This document shows, in pieces, positions 16,491 through 25,780 of a DNA stretch of 64,000 nt. The DNA is taken from positions 68,150 through 132,149 of the forward strand of contig JAQWAE010000001.1 in NCBI GenBank assembly GCA_028707815.1, read 5' to 3'. A program made the position numbers and the translations under genes. Below the pieces are notes generated by a model. That model saw nothing but the letters and a program-made list of their open reading frames with translations, made no database searches and was not told the origin of the DNA. Source of the DNA: Bacteroidales bacterium (GTDB taxonomy: Bacteria > Bacteroidota > Bacteroidia > Bacteroidales > BM520). The stretch's first letter is position 1. Each line of letters starts with the position of its first letter.

Positions 16491-17567
16491 TTATCTCAAT
16501 TTAATTTTAGTTCCTAACTTTATCAATCTGTAAGGATCTGTATTTTGATTCAGATGCTCTAATTTTTTTAATTTAACAGAATAACACTGAGATATAAACC
16601 ATAAGGTTTCATTATATTCAGCTACGTGGGTTTTTACTTTGCTCCTATTGTTCTTTATCTCTAAATAAATTATATCATCTTTAAAAATTTTGTCCCCTTT
16701 TGATAAATCGTTATACTTACGCAACAATCTTTTAGATACATTCAAATCTTTAGCTATTTTCTCTATAGAATCGTCATTCAGAGCAAATGTTACATATATA
16801 TTATTATAGATATAGATGTCTCTACCTTTATATTTTTCAGAAAAATTAGCTTTGTTCATGCAATCACAAGGGGCTATTGCATGAGAATTTTTATTGCTGT
16901 TAAACCTATTCTGCTGATTATTTAAAGAAACATCATCATTTACCGGATTTACAGCGGTATCAAGATTATTTTTATCATCTATAGCATTATCCTGTATATC
17001 AACAGTATCAGCTTTGACTTTCACATTTTCTTCTTTGAGTAAGCCAAGAGCCATTAAATCATATTTATACAGTTCATTATCCTCAATAATTTTAATAAGG
17101 AGTTTAGGATACTGCGGGTTTGTTGCATAACCGGCAGCTTTTAAGCCATAAGCCCATGCCTGATAATCAGTTATATCAAGTTCAAACAGATTATTATAGC
17201 GCTCTCTTGTAGTCAAAAACAAAGAATGGTCGTTATAAGATTCTTCTACCGTCTTATACTTTCTAAAACACTCATCTGCCTCATCATCATCATAATAATA
17301 CTTTGCACCTGTCCATTCTTTATGGCATTTAATGCCAAAATGATTATTAGAATTTACTGCAAGTTCACTCGTTCCACAACTTGATTCTAAGATACCTTGT
17401 GCTAACGTTATACTTGCCGGGATGCCGTACTCTTTCATTTTCTTGATGGCGACATCACTATATTTTTGCGCATAATTAAGTTTTTCTTCTGTAGCTTGAC
17501 TTTGTAAAAACAAAGGAGTTAAAGAAAAAGCGACAACTAATAAAAAAAAGTTCAAAAATCTTTTCAT
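16491..17567 (-). CDS. Peptidoglycan hydrolase: glucosaminidase (FlgJ-type) domain plus two LysM repeats
   Basis: Signal peptide. The glucosaminidase core is PASITLAQGILESSCGTSELA..NNHFGIKC. The C-terminus has LysM-like repeats. Confidence 0.8.
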   Translation of the reverse strand: MKRFLNFFLLVVAFSLTPLFLQSQATEEKLNYAQKYSDVAIKKMKEYGIPASITLAQGILESSCGTSELAVNSNNHFGIKCHKEWTGAKYYYDDDEADECFRKYKTVEESYNDHSLFLTTRERYNNLFELDITDYQAWAYGLKAAGYATNPQYPKLLIKIIEDNELYKYDLMALGLLKEENVKVKADTVDIQDNAIDDKNNLDTAVNPVNDDVSLNNQQNRFNSNKNSHAIAPCDCMNKANFSEKYKGRDIYIYNNIYVTFALNDDSIEKIAKDLNVSKRLLRKYNDLSKGDKIFKDDIIYLEIKNNRSKVKTHVAEYNETLWFISQCYSVKLKKLEHLNQNTDPYRLIKLGTKIKLR

Positions 17568-17582
17568 AATTGCTGCAAAGTT

Positions 17583-17590
17583 ATACTTTT
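17583..17590 (+). promoter_or_regulatory. -7 box TACTTTTG for rsmG
   Basis: Exact TAnnTTTG match ending 13 nt before the ATG. Confidence 0.45.
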
Positions 17591-17603
17591 GTAAAAAAAA
17601 ACA

Positions 17604-18230
17604 ATGGATTTTATAGAAAAATATTTTCCTGAATTTTCTGAAGAGCAGAAACAGAAGTTTAACAAGTTAGAAGAACTATTCAAAGCATGGAATGCTTCAA
17701 TCAATGTAATATCGCGAAAGGACATAGAATTTTTCCGTGAAAAGCATTTACAACATTCATTAAGTATTGCAAAAATCATCAATTTTGTTCCGGGGACGAA
17801 GATTTTGGATTTAGGCACCGGCGGCGGACTTCCGGGTTTACCGCTTGCGATTGCATTTCCGGAAGTAAAATTTCATCTTGTAGATTCTATAGGCAAGAAA
17901 ATAAAAGTAGCTTCTGCCATTGCTGAGGAATTGCAACTCACAAATGTCAAATGCGAGCAAATCCGTGCTGAAGAAATCAAGAAACAATACGATTTCATCA
18001 TTTCGAGAGCTGTAACAGCACTACCTGATTTTATGAAATACACAGAAGGAAGAATTCTTGAAAAAAGCAAAAACGCTCTGCCAAACGGCATATTATATCT
18101 AAAAGGCGGCAGTTATCAACATGAGCTTGATGCCATACCTAACTTATATAGAATATTCAGAATCAGCGACTTCTATCATGAAGAATATTTTGAAACCAAA
18201 GATATTATATTGATTAGACCTTTACGTTAA
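17604..18230 (+). CDS. rsmG: 16S rRNA (guanine527-N7)-methyltransferase
   Basis: W.....N..S.......HI.DS-type layout with ILDLGTGGGLPGLPLAI and HLVDSIGKK. The protein is 208 aa. Confidence 0.85.
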   Translation: MDFIEKYFPEFSEEQKQKFNKLEELFKAWNASINVISRKDIEFFREKHLQHSLSIAKIINFVPGTKILDLGTGGGLPGLPLAIAFPEVKFHLVDSIGKKIKVASAIAEELQLTNVKCEQIRAEEIKKQYDFIISRAVTALPDFMKYTEGRILEKSKNALPNGILYLKGGSYQHELDAIPNLYRIFRISDFYHEEYFETKDIILIRPLR

Positions 18231-18240
18231 AAGTAACAGT

Positions 18241-19731
18241 ATGAAGCCTCACTTATTATATGGATTGGCTGGGCTTACACTATTGGCAGGTTGTTCCGAA
18301 GAAAAGCAGCCGCCAAATGTAATATTCATCTATGCCGATGATTTAGGAATTGGCGACTTAAGTTGTTATGGGGCAACATCTATACAGACACCGAACATAG
18401 ACAGGCTTGCAAGCGAAGGCTTGCGATTCACCAATGCTTATGCAGCTGCTTCGGTAAGTACGCCTTCGAGATATTGTTTATTGACAGGACAATATCCATG
18501 GAGACGAAATAATACCGGAATAGCAAGAGGCAACTCCGGAATGATTATTGACACTAACCAATATACGCTTGCAGATGTTTTTAAAGATGCCGGTTATGCA
18601 ACGGCTGTTGTCGGTAAATGGCATTTAGGTTTGGGCGGCGAAGATGGTCCTGACTGGAACAACATAATTTCTTCCGGTCCGCAAAATTTAGGATTTGATT
18701 ACAATTTTATAATTCCTGCTACTGTCGACAGGGTGCCATGCGTTTTTGTAGAACAAGACAGAGTCTACAATTATGATGCTGACGACCCTATTTACGTTGA
18801 TTATGACAAAAAAATCGGTGACTTGCCAACAGGTAAAGATAATCTGGAACTATTGAAATTAAAGTCAAGTCATGGTCACAATCAGACTATAATCAACGGC
18901 ATCGGGCGCATTGGATACATGACAGGCGGAAAATCTGCCATTTGGGTTGATGAAAATATTGCTGACACCTTAATATCTAAGTCACAACAATTTATACTAA
19001 AAAACAAAGACAATCCTTTTTCCCTGTACTTATGTCCTCACGACATACATGTACCGCGTCCGCCGCACCCACGCTTTGCAGGCAAAAGTATTATGGGAGC
19101 ACGCGGAGATGTAATTTTACAACTCGACTACACTGTCGGCAAAATTATAGAAATACTTGACAGTCTTGATATTACAGAAAACACCATTATAATTTTCTCC
19201 AGCGATAATGGCGGAGTTGTCGATGACGGCTATCAAGACATGTCAGTAGAATTGTTAGGTACTCACAAGCCGTCAGGTATTTATCGCGGGGGCAAATACA
19301 GTGCTTTTGAAGCCGGAACAAAAGTTCCTCTTATTATAAAATGGGCAACAGCCATTAAAAGCGGAACACAGGATGCTCTGTTTTCGCAAGTAGATTTTAT
19401 AGCATCATTAGCTAATTTAGCTAATATAACGCTTCCGGAAGAAGCTTGCCCTGACAGTCAAAATCATCTCTCAAACATTTTAGGGTACACATCTGAAGAC
19501 AGAGACTACGTAATCCAACAAAACCAATGGCGAGTATTATCTGTTATAGAAGGAAAATGGAAATACATACCAAAAAGTTTCGCATGGAAATATGATGCTC
19601 AGACTAACATTGAATTAGGGCATGACACCGTTCCGCAACTATATAACTTAGAGACTGACCCGGGAGAGACTACAAATGTTGCCATTGAACATCCTGAAAT
19701 AATAGAAAGATTGTCGGCAATTATAAAGTAA
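18241..19731 (+). CDS. Arylsulfatase-family sulfatase (Ser-type), lipoprotein
   Basis: Lipobox LLAGC. NVIFIYADDLG and the formylglycine motif S-T-P-S-R (SVSTPSRYCLLTG) are present. Confidence 0.85.
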   Translation: MKPHLLYGLAGLTLLAGCSEEKQPPNVIFIYADDLGIGDLSCYGATSIQTPNIDRLASEGLRFTNAYAAASVSTPSRYCLLTGQYPWRRNNTGIARGNSGMIIDTNQYTLADVFKDAGYATAVVGKWHLGLGGEDGPDWNNIISSGPQNLGFDYNFIIPATVDRVPCVFVEQDRVYNYDADDPIYVDYDKKIGDLPTGKDNLELLKLKSSHGHNQTIINGIGRIGYMTGGKSAIWVDENIADTLISKSQQFILKNKDNPFSLYLCPHDIHVPRPPHPRFAGKSIMGARGDVILQLDYTVGKIIEILDSLDITENTIIIFSSDNGGVVDDGYQDMSVELLGTHKPSGIYRGGKYSAFEAGTKVPLIIKWATAIKSGTQDALFSQVDFIASLANLANITLPEEACPDSQNHLSNILGYTSEDRDYVIQQNQWRVLSVIEGKWKYIPKSFAWKYDAQTNIELGHDTVPQLYNLETDPGETTNVAIEHPEIIERLSAIIK

Positions 19732-19766
19732 TAATGTATAGTCAAGGCACCTTGGCTATACATTAT
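19731..19766. terminator. Bidirectional hairpin between convergent genes
   Basis: ATAATGTATAGTCAAGG...CCTTGGCTATACATTAT is a ~17-bp stem with one wobble. It has no clear U-tract. Confidence 0.45.
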
Positions 19767-19778
19767 TAAGATAAGACA

Positions 19779-20498
19779 CTATTTCCTTTCCGGTGTTTCA
19801 ACATTGCCTACAGGAGTATTATTCCCTGCGGGGTTAGCATTTTCTATCGCATTAGGAACGACCTTGTTAGGAGACATATTAGCTTTTATTTCATTCAGAT
19901 TAGCCTGTTCTTTTTGAATTTCAGCATTTTTATCGGTGATTTTTTGGTCAAGAGCAGAAATTTGTTTTTGCAATTTTTCTTTATCTGCGATATATCCATC
20001 GCGTTCCTTTGTTAACTTTGTTATTGCATTATTAGCTTCCACTATCTTTTTATTTCCTTCAAATTCAGCAACATAATCAGAAAATTCATTCATGAAGTTT
20101 TTAACTCGCTCGGCTACTTCGGGGCTGTTTTTAGTAGTAATAGCATTATTATTACCCTGAGTAACAATCACATACAAGGTAGTTGTCTTAGCCGACTTTT
20201 TACCTGTTTCAATAACTTTTGTAAAAATGTCGAATTTTTGTTCACCAAAGAAAGGATAATTTTGATTAAGGTAAGAAGTATAGCCTGATTGAGACTTTGA
20301 TTTTTGGAGTCCGCCGGCTTTTACCAAGCGTTGAATTAAAGCATTTTCGGCAGCATCTAAGTTCACATTAGGTAAGGCGATAGAAAATCCCTGTATTTTA
20401 GTTTTATTAAAATCAAGCATTTCATCTTGAGCTTTTTGTGCTAACGACCATGTCGTTGACATTGATAAAATCACAAATAAGAATAAAAATTTTTTCAT
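19779..20498 (-). CDS. Hypothetical secreted protein with a C-terminal coiled-coil
   Basis: Signal peptide MKKFLFLFVILSMSTTWSLAQ. The segment EKLQKQISALDQKITDKNAEIQKEQANLNEIK is heptad-like. I recognise no family. Confidence 0.5.
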   Translation of the reverse strand: MKKFLFLFVILSMSTTWSLAQKAQDEMLDFNKTKIQGFSIALPNVNLDAAENALIQRLVKAGGLQKSKSQSGYTSYLNQNYPFFGEQKFDIFTKVIETGKKSAKTTTLYVIVTQGNNNAITTKNSPEVAERVKNFMNEFSDYVAEFEGNKKIVEANNAITKLTKERDGYIADKEKLQKQISALDQKITDKNAEIQKEQANLNEIKANMSPNKVVPNAIENANPAGNNTPVGNVETPERK

Positions 20499-20622
20499 AA
20501 TAATTATAGATTTAATATTAAAGTAAACAAATCACCTTGTTTTTCAGTAATTTTTATTTTGCAAAGGTAATATTTTTTTGTAAGTAATGTTTTAATATAT
20601 AAAAAATTACACCTTTAAATAT

Positions 20623-20665
20623 TTCTCAACTCTTCATTGTATTTTCGCAATACTAATGAATCTAC
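20623..20665 (+). repeat. Third copy of the composite-repeat terminus
   Basis: TTCTCAACTCTTCATTGTATTTTCGCAATACTAATGAATCTAC matches 3387-3429 at 39 of 43 positions. Looser similarity extends about 60 bp further upstream. Confidence 0.7.
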
Positions 20666-20730
20666 CACCGGCGATTAGAGATGGTAATTTCGAATCTCTT
20701 ATGCAGTACAAATTGTTTGAAATAGTGTCT

Positions 20731-22884
20731 CTAACGAAACACTATTTCATTATTAACACAATTTACCAAGATTTTTCTATCTTTTAATACTTCACCTGAC
20801 AAAATCTTTTTAGACAGCTCATTAAGCAATTCACTCTGCATCAGTCGTTTAATAGGACGTGCGCCATAACCCGGGTCATAACCCTTTTCAGCAATCCATT
20901 CTGCTGCTTTATCAGTTAACTCAATTTCTATTGATGACTTCGACAGTAAAGCTTTTATCTTAGCAAACTGCATCTTCACAATTTCCAGAATCTCCGCCTG
21001 TGTCAGAGGAGTAAACATCACAATTTCATCGACACGATTCAGAAATTCAGGTCTGATGACCTTTCTCAACAAAGCGAAAATCTCCTCTTTTGTATCTTCT
21101 ATGACTTTCTCGCGGTTCGCAGAGTTAAATCCGTTCAATTTATCCTGTATCAAATGAGCTCCTATATTAGAAGTCATTATGATAATGGTATTTTTGAAGT
21201 CCACGGTTCTGCCTTTGTTATCTGTTAGACGACCGTCATCTAAGACTTGCAACAGAATATTAAAAACATCAGGGTGAGCTTTTTCTATTTCATCGAGCAA
21301 AATGACGGAATATGGTTTCCTACGTACAGCCTCAGTCAATTGCCCACCTTCTTCGTATCCAATGTATCCCGGAGGCGCACCAATTAACCTCGACACAGAA
21401 TGACGCTCCTGATATTCAGACATATCTATACGTGTCATCATATTTTCATCGTCAAAAAGTACTTCAGCTAAAGCTTTTGCCAGTTCGGTCTTTCCAACAC
21501 CTGTTGTTCCAACAAAAATAAACGAACCTATAGGACGCCCCGGATCCTGCAAACCGGTTTTACTCCTTCTCACAGCATCTGACAGTGCTTTGATAGCTTC
21601 ATCTTGTCCCACTACCCTTTTATGCAGCTCCGTCTCAAGTTCAAGAAGTTTTTCCTTTTCACCTTTCAACATCTTATTCAACGGTATACCTGTCCATCTG
21701 GACACAACACCAACAACATCTTCAACCTCAACCTCTTCACGAATTAAGGGGTTACCGCCTTCAACATTATGTAACTTCTCTTGAGCTGTATGAATTGCCG
21801 CTTCAGCAGTTTTTATCTTACCATATCTTAACTCTGCAACTTTCTCGTAATCACCTTCTCTTTCAGCATTTGAGGATTCAAATTTCCAATCTTCTATCTG
21901 ACTCTTATTCTTCTGAATTTCATCAACCAAACCACGTTCAATGTCCCATTGCTTTTTCAACTTATCATATTCTTTTCTCAACTTCACAAGCTGTTCATCA
22001 ATAGAAGCTATCTTAACAGTGTCTTTTTCACGCTTAATTGCCTCTTTTTCAATCTCCAATTGTTTAATCTTTCTTGAAATTTCATCAATCACTTCTGGAA
22101 CAGAGTTAATTTCCAAACGCAATTTTGCGGCAGCTTCATCTATAAGGTCAATAGCCTTATCAGGAAGGTATCTCTCTGTAATATAACGCTTTGACAATTT
22201 AACGGCAGCGATGATAGCATCATCTTTGATTCTCACCTTATGATGGGTTTCATAGCGTTCCTTCAGACCACGCAAAATACTGATAGCAGCATATTCATCA
22301 GGTTCATCTATCATAACTTTTTGAAAACGTCTTTCCAGAGCCTTATCCTCTTCAAAATATTTCTGATATTCATCAAGTGTCGTGGCTCCAATAGTACGCA
22401 ATTCGCCACGAGACAGTGCCGGTTTCAAAATATTGGCGGCATCCATTGCCCCCTGAGTTTTACCTGCACCAACAAGAGTATGTATCTCATCAATAAACAA
22501 GATTATATCTCCTTCGGTAGAAGACACTTCATTGACAACGGTTTTCAGCCTTTCTTCAAACTCTCCCTGATATTTAGCACCTGCTAATAGCGACCCCATA
22601 TCCAAAGAATATACTTGCTTTGATTTCAAATTAGTAGGAACATCACCTCGAACGATACGCTGTGCAATGCCTTCTACAACAGCAGTTTTACCAACGCCCG
22701 GCTCGCCAACCAACACAGGGTTGTTTTTGGTTCGCCTCGACAAAATTTGAAGTACTCTACGCACTTCTTCGTCTCGCCCTATAACAGGGTCCAACTTGCC
22801 CTTCTCTGCCATCTCATTCAAATTGATGGCAAAACGATTAAGAGCTTCTAATTTATTATCTCTATTGTTATTCATATTCATCAT
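20731..22884 (-). CDS. clpB: ClpB disaggregase lacking the N-terminal domain
   Basis: Two AAA+ modules ([18 protein letters not shown]), a coiled-coil middle domain, and the [13 protein letters not shown] start of NBD1 at aa 31. It is 717 aa, against about 860 for full-length ClpB. Confidence 0.85.
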   Translation of the reverse strand: MMNMNNNRDNKLEALNRFAINLNEMAEKGKLDPVIGRDEEVRRVLQILSRRTKNNPVLVGEPGVGKTAVVEGIAQRIVRGDVPTNLKSKQVYSLDMGSLLAGAKYQGEFEERLKTVVNEVSSTEGDIILFIDEIHTLVGAGKTQGAMDAANILKPALSRGELRTIGATTLDEYQKYFEEDKALERRFQKVMIDEPDEYAAISILRGLKERYETHHKVRIKDDAIIAAVKLSKRYITERYLPDKAIDLIDEAAAKLRLEINSVPEVIDEISRKIKQLEIEKEAIKREKDTVKIASIDEQLVKLRKEYDKLKKQWDIERGLVDEIQKNKSQIEDWKFESSNAEREGDYEKVAELRYGKIKTAEAAIHTAQEKLHNVEGGNPLIREEVEVEDVVGVVSRWTGIPLNKMLKGEKEKLLELETELHKRVVGQDEAIKALSDAVRRSKTGLQDPGRPIGSFIFVGTTGVGKTELAKALAEVLFDDENMMTRIDMSEYQERHSVSRLIGAPPGYIGYEEGGQLTEAVRRKPYSVILLDEIEKAHPDVFNILLQVLDDGRLTDNKGRTVDFKNTIIIMTSNIGAHLIQDKLNGFNSANREKVIEDTKEEIFALLRKVIRPEFLNRVDEIVMFTPLTQAEILEIVKMQFAKIKALLSKSSIEIELTDKAAEWIAEKGYDPGYGARPIKRLMQSELLNELSKKILSGEVLKDRKILVNCVNNEIVFR

Positions 22885-23046
22885 GATTTTTTATATCCGA
22901 CAGCCACTAATCAAAAATTATGCAACAGATAGCAAACACACCAAATATGACATTTTAACATGATTTTGCCGCCGTGAATGCCATTATGGCATTCAACCAC
23001 TGACCTTGAAAATGCGTTCCTAAATATATATTTTCAGATATTAAAG

Positions 23047-23805
23047 CTATATTATTTGAACATCAGCTTCTTTAATCCACCCCTGTTTACCATTACTTAA
23101 AACAATCTCTATCCAATCTCCAACCTTATCATTAATCCGTACTTTAGTTCCTCTATGAACAACAAATAAATCGATACTACTTTCGGTAGGAGAACTTTTG
23201 GCTACTCTTGTCTGTGTAAATACTATTGCTTGGTCGTTTTTGTCATATTTTGCATTGCATGTCACACACACACAAGTAATTACAATAAAAAGCAACAAAA
23301 GCACCAGCGAAATCCATATACAAACTTTCTTTCTATATACTTTTTTTGATAATATTATGCTGCTGATTACTAAAAGGAATAATCCTAAGAGAACAACATT
23401 GATTATTATCCACGTTTTAGGAGTGAATATATATGTAAAGCTATTCCACCACCTTGTGTAAAACATTTCGGGTATGGTCTCTATTTTATCTATTGTCAAC
23501 TTATTAGCAACTTCAATATTATGATTCACATCATTATTATTAGGTTTGATTTGTTTTGCTCTTTCATAATACAAAATAGCGGATGCAACATCTTTTGTTT
23601 TATAATAAGCATTACCTAAATTATAGCATACTTCAAAATTAGTATAGCCCTCATTATAAAGATATTGCAACTGTTCCGCTGCTGTTGCGTAATTTTCTTC
23701 ACTATATGATTTCAGTGCTTCGGCGTATCTCTCTTGTGGCGTTTGCGAAAAAACCGAAATCTCACTTAAAATTGTAATTAATACAATTAATATTAACTTT
23801 TTCAT
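23047..23805 (-). CDS. batE: BatE-like TPR / SH3 membrane protein
   Basis: N-terminal TPR repeats, two TM helices and a C-terminal SH3b-like segment (GDWIEIVLSNGKQGWI). It is the last gene of the Bat operon. Confidence 0.7.
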   Translation of the reverse strand: MKKLILIVLITILSEISVFSQTPQERYAEALKSYSEENYATAAEQLQYLYNEGYTNFEVCYNLGNAYYKTKDVASAILYYERAKQIKPNNNDVNHNIEVANKLTIDKIETIPEMFYTRWWNSFTYIFTPKTWIIINVVLLGLFLLVISSIILSKKVYRKKVCIWISLVLLLLFIVITCVCVTCNAKYDKNDQAIVFTQTRVAKSSPTESSIDLFVVHRGTKVRINDKVGDWIEIVLSNGKQGWIKEADVQII

Positions 23806-25664
23806 TTTAATTTTGTATCAAATGTTTTTATTGCTTCAATTGCCTCGGTATAAATTTCGCTCATAGAATCAGCACTTTTATCAGGTGCAAACCGAGCATA
23901 CTCAGCATTATCCAAAACTTTAACAAACTTATTTACATCTTCCTCATCAAGTTTTCCGCTTTCTGTCAATCTTTGCAAATAATCTCTATTCAATTCAGCA
24001 TTATTGATATTAAATTTATCGCTGATAAATTTCCACATTGCATTAGATAATTCGTCATAGAATTTATCTTGTTGTTTACTATCTAACAATATTTTAGCTC
24101 TCTTCAGTCTCTTCATCGCTATTGCTTCGGCATGTTTTCTACGCATATATTCTGTGTCGTTTCTCTTTTTTATCATGATTTTTGCTCCCAACGTCAGTAA
24201 TAGCACCAATAATGTTATACTGCCAATAATCACATAATAAGCACTACTGCCAAAGTTGACACTTGTCTTTTTTTCAAAATCAGGAATATTGCTATTGATA
24301 TATCTGATGTCTTCGCCCAAAGTTACAACATCTTCACGAGCTACTGTATTTACCACAGAATTTCCGCCACCTACAACACCTGCATCTTCAACTTCTACAT
24401 TAAACTCCGGTGTGTGTAATGTTACGTATGTCTTTTTATTAGGGTCAAAATATGAAAAATCGAATGAATTTATCTTGAAACTTCCGGAGTTTCTTGGAAT
24501 AATGACATATTCAAAAACTTTATTGCCTGATACGGAATTAGCATTAGTTTTAATATTCTGCGTAATTTTAGGTTTATATACTTCAAAATCACTTGGAAAT
24601 TTCACGTCAACTTTATCTATCAAACGTATATTTCCACTTCCGGATATAGTATATTTCAACGTAATAGCCTCATTTGCTTTTAATTCCGTTTTATCAATAG
24701 TAGCTGAAATGCTAAAATTACCTACGGCACCGGAAAATGAAGCCGGTTTCCCTTCGGTCGGCAATGGCTTCGACTTTATTGTTATCGGCGTTGTCGTACA
24801 CAAAACAGAAACATTCTGATACGTACTGAAAAAATCATCAAAGAAAGGATCTCCAAACACGCCTCTTCTTTGCTGTGCCGGTGTTTTTACTTTAGCTATA
24901 ACTTCTATTTCGGCAGCCGGTATCGTAATTTCACCCGACTTTTGCGGAAACAAAATATTACGTTGCATTTCATCAGAATAATAAGTTTGACCATTATATG
25001 TCGTAGGCGATAATTGTATGTTGTCTAATTCAACATCTTCTTTCCAGAAACCTGTATATGAAGGAAATTTAACATCACCAAAACCCGCAATATCAACTTT
25101 TGTATAAATTTTATGAGACATTACAATCTGCTCCCCTATATACACCTCTCTTTTATTAACTTCAGACGTAATGAATAAATCATTCTTATTTATTGGTGTA
25201 TTATTGTAAGTAGAACCTCTCGACTGCTGGTTTTGCTGACTCTGCTGCTGATTTTGCTGGTTACTTTGCTGATTTTGCTGGTTATTTTGCTGTACTACCT
25301 GTACTTGAACTGCATTTGACGCATAAGTCTTCTTTTCGAATGTTATGGTTGCAGGTTTTATTGTATAGGCTCCTGCAGCGTTTGCACGTAAATAAAATGT
25401 ATAAGTAATGGAAGTAGACCTTTGCTGTTTCCCATTAATAAATTGGAAATTTGAACTCGTAGATGTGTTAGGACCTGAAAGTATAGTAAATCCTTCCATA
25501 TCAGGATATTTAAAATCACTGACTTTTTGATCTGCTGTATAACTCAACACAAACTGTTCTCCTACTCGTACAATATCCGGAGCCTTGGCAACAAATTGAA
25601 CTTCCTGCCCAAATGTTATCAACGGTATTACAAATATTATTAATAATAAATATCTTATTTTCAT
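23802..25664 (-). CDS. batD: BatD-like oxygen-tolerance protein
   Basis: Signal peptide from M11 (MKIRYLLLIIFVIPLITFG), a large extracytoplasmic region, one TM helix and a cytoplasmic tail. Its position follows batC. Start moved to 25664. Confidence 0.7.
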   Translation of the reverse strand: MKIRYLLLIIFVIPLITFGQEVQFVAKAPDIVRVGEQFVLSYTADQKVSDFKYPDMEGFTILSGPNTSTSSNFQFINGKQQRSTSITYTFYLRANAAGAYTIKPATITFEKKTYASNAVQVQVVQQNNQQNQQSNQQNQQQSQQNQQSRGSTYNNTPINKNDLFITSEVNKREVYIGEQIVMSHKIYTKVDIAGFGDVKFPSYTGFWKEDVELDNIQLSPTTYNGQTYYSDEMQRNILFPQKSGEITIPAAEIEVIAKVKTPAQQRRGVFGDPFFDDFFSTYQNVSVLCTTTPITIKSKPLPTEGKPASFSGAVGNFSISATIDKTELKANEAITLKYTISGSGNIRLIDKVDVKFPSDFEVYKPKITQNIKTNANSVSGNKVFEYVIIPRNSGSFKINSFDFSYFDPNKKTYVTLHTPEFNVEVEDAGVVGGGNSVVNTVAREDVVTLGEDIRYINSNIPDFEKKTSVNFGSSAYYVIIGSITLLVLLLTLGAKIMIKKRNDTEYMRRKHAEAIAMKRLKRAKILLDSKQQDKFYDELSNAMWKFISDKFNINNAELNRDYLQRLTESGKLDEEDVNKFVKVLDNAEYARFAPDKSADSMSEIYTEAIEAIKTFDTKLK

Positions 25665-25780
25665 ACATTTCTTTATTTTATACGTAGAAATCAAAAAATT
25701 GAAAAATTTCTCATAACACTAAAACACTTCTTTATTTGACAATAATTATCTTAATAGGTTTCATCATTATTCAAAGATCT

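Noticed and set aside
20689-20699. tRNA gene call at the T-arm-like fragment
   Set aside because: Only an 11-nt match to the tRNA-Lys T-loop/stem is present, with an oversized loop. No acceptor, D or anticodon arm is present, so it is not a tRNA gene.
24256-24819. 187-aa plus-strand ORF; likewise 27191-27733(+), 29752-30228(+), 53834-54319(+), 50228-50611(-), 4877-5224(+) and 61457-61894(+)
   Set aside because: All lie antisense within well-supported genes and have Ser/Phe/Ile-rich shadow-frame composition.
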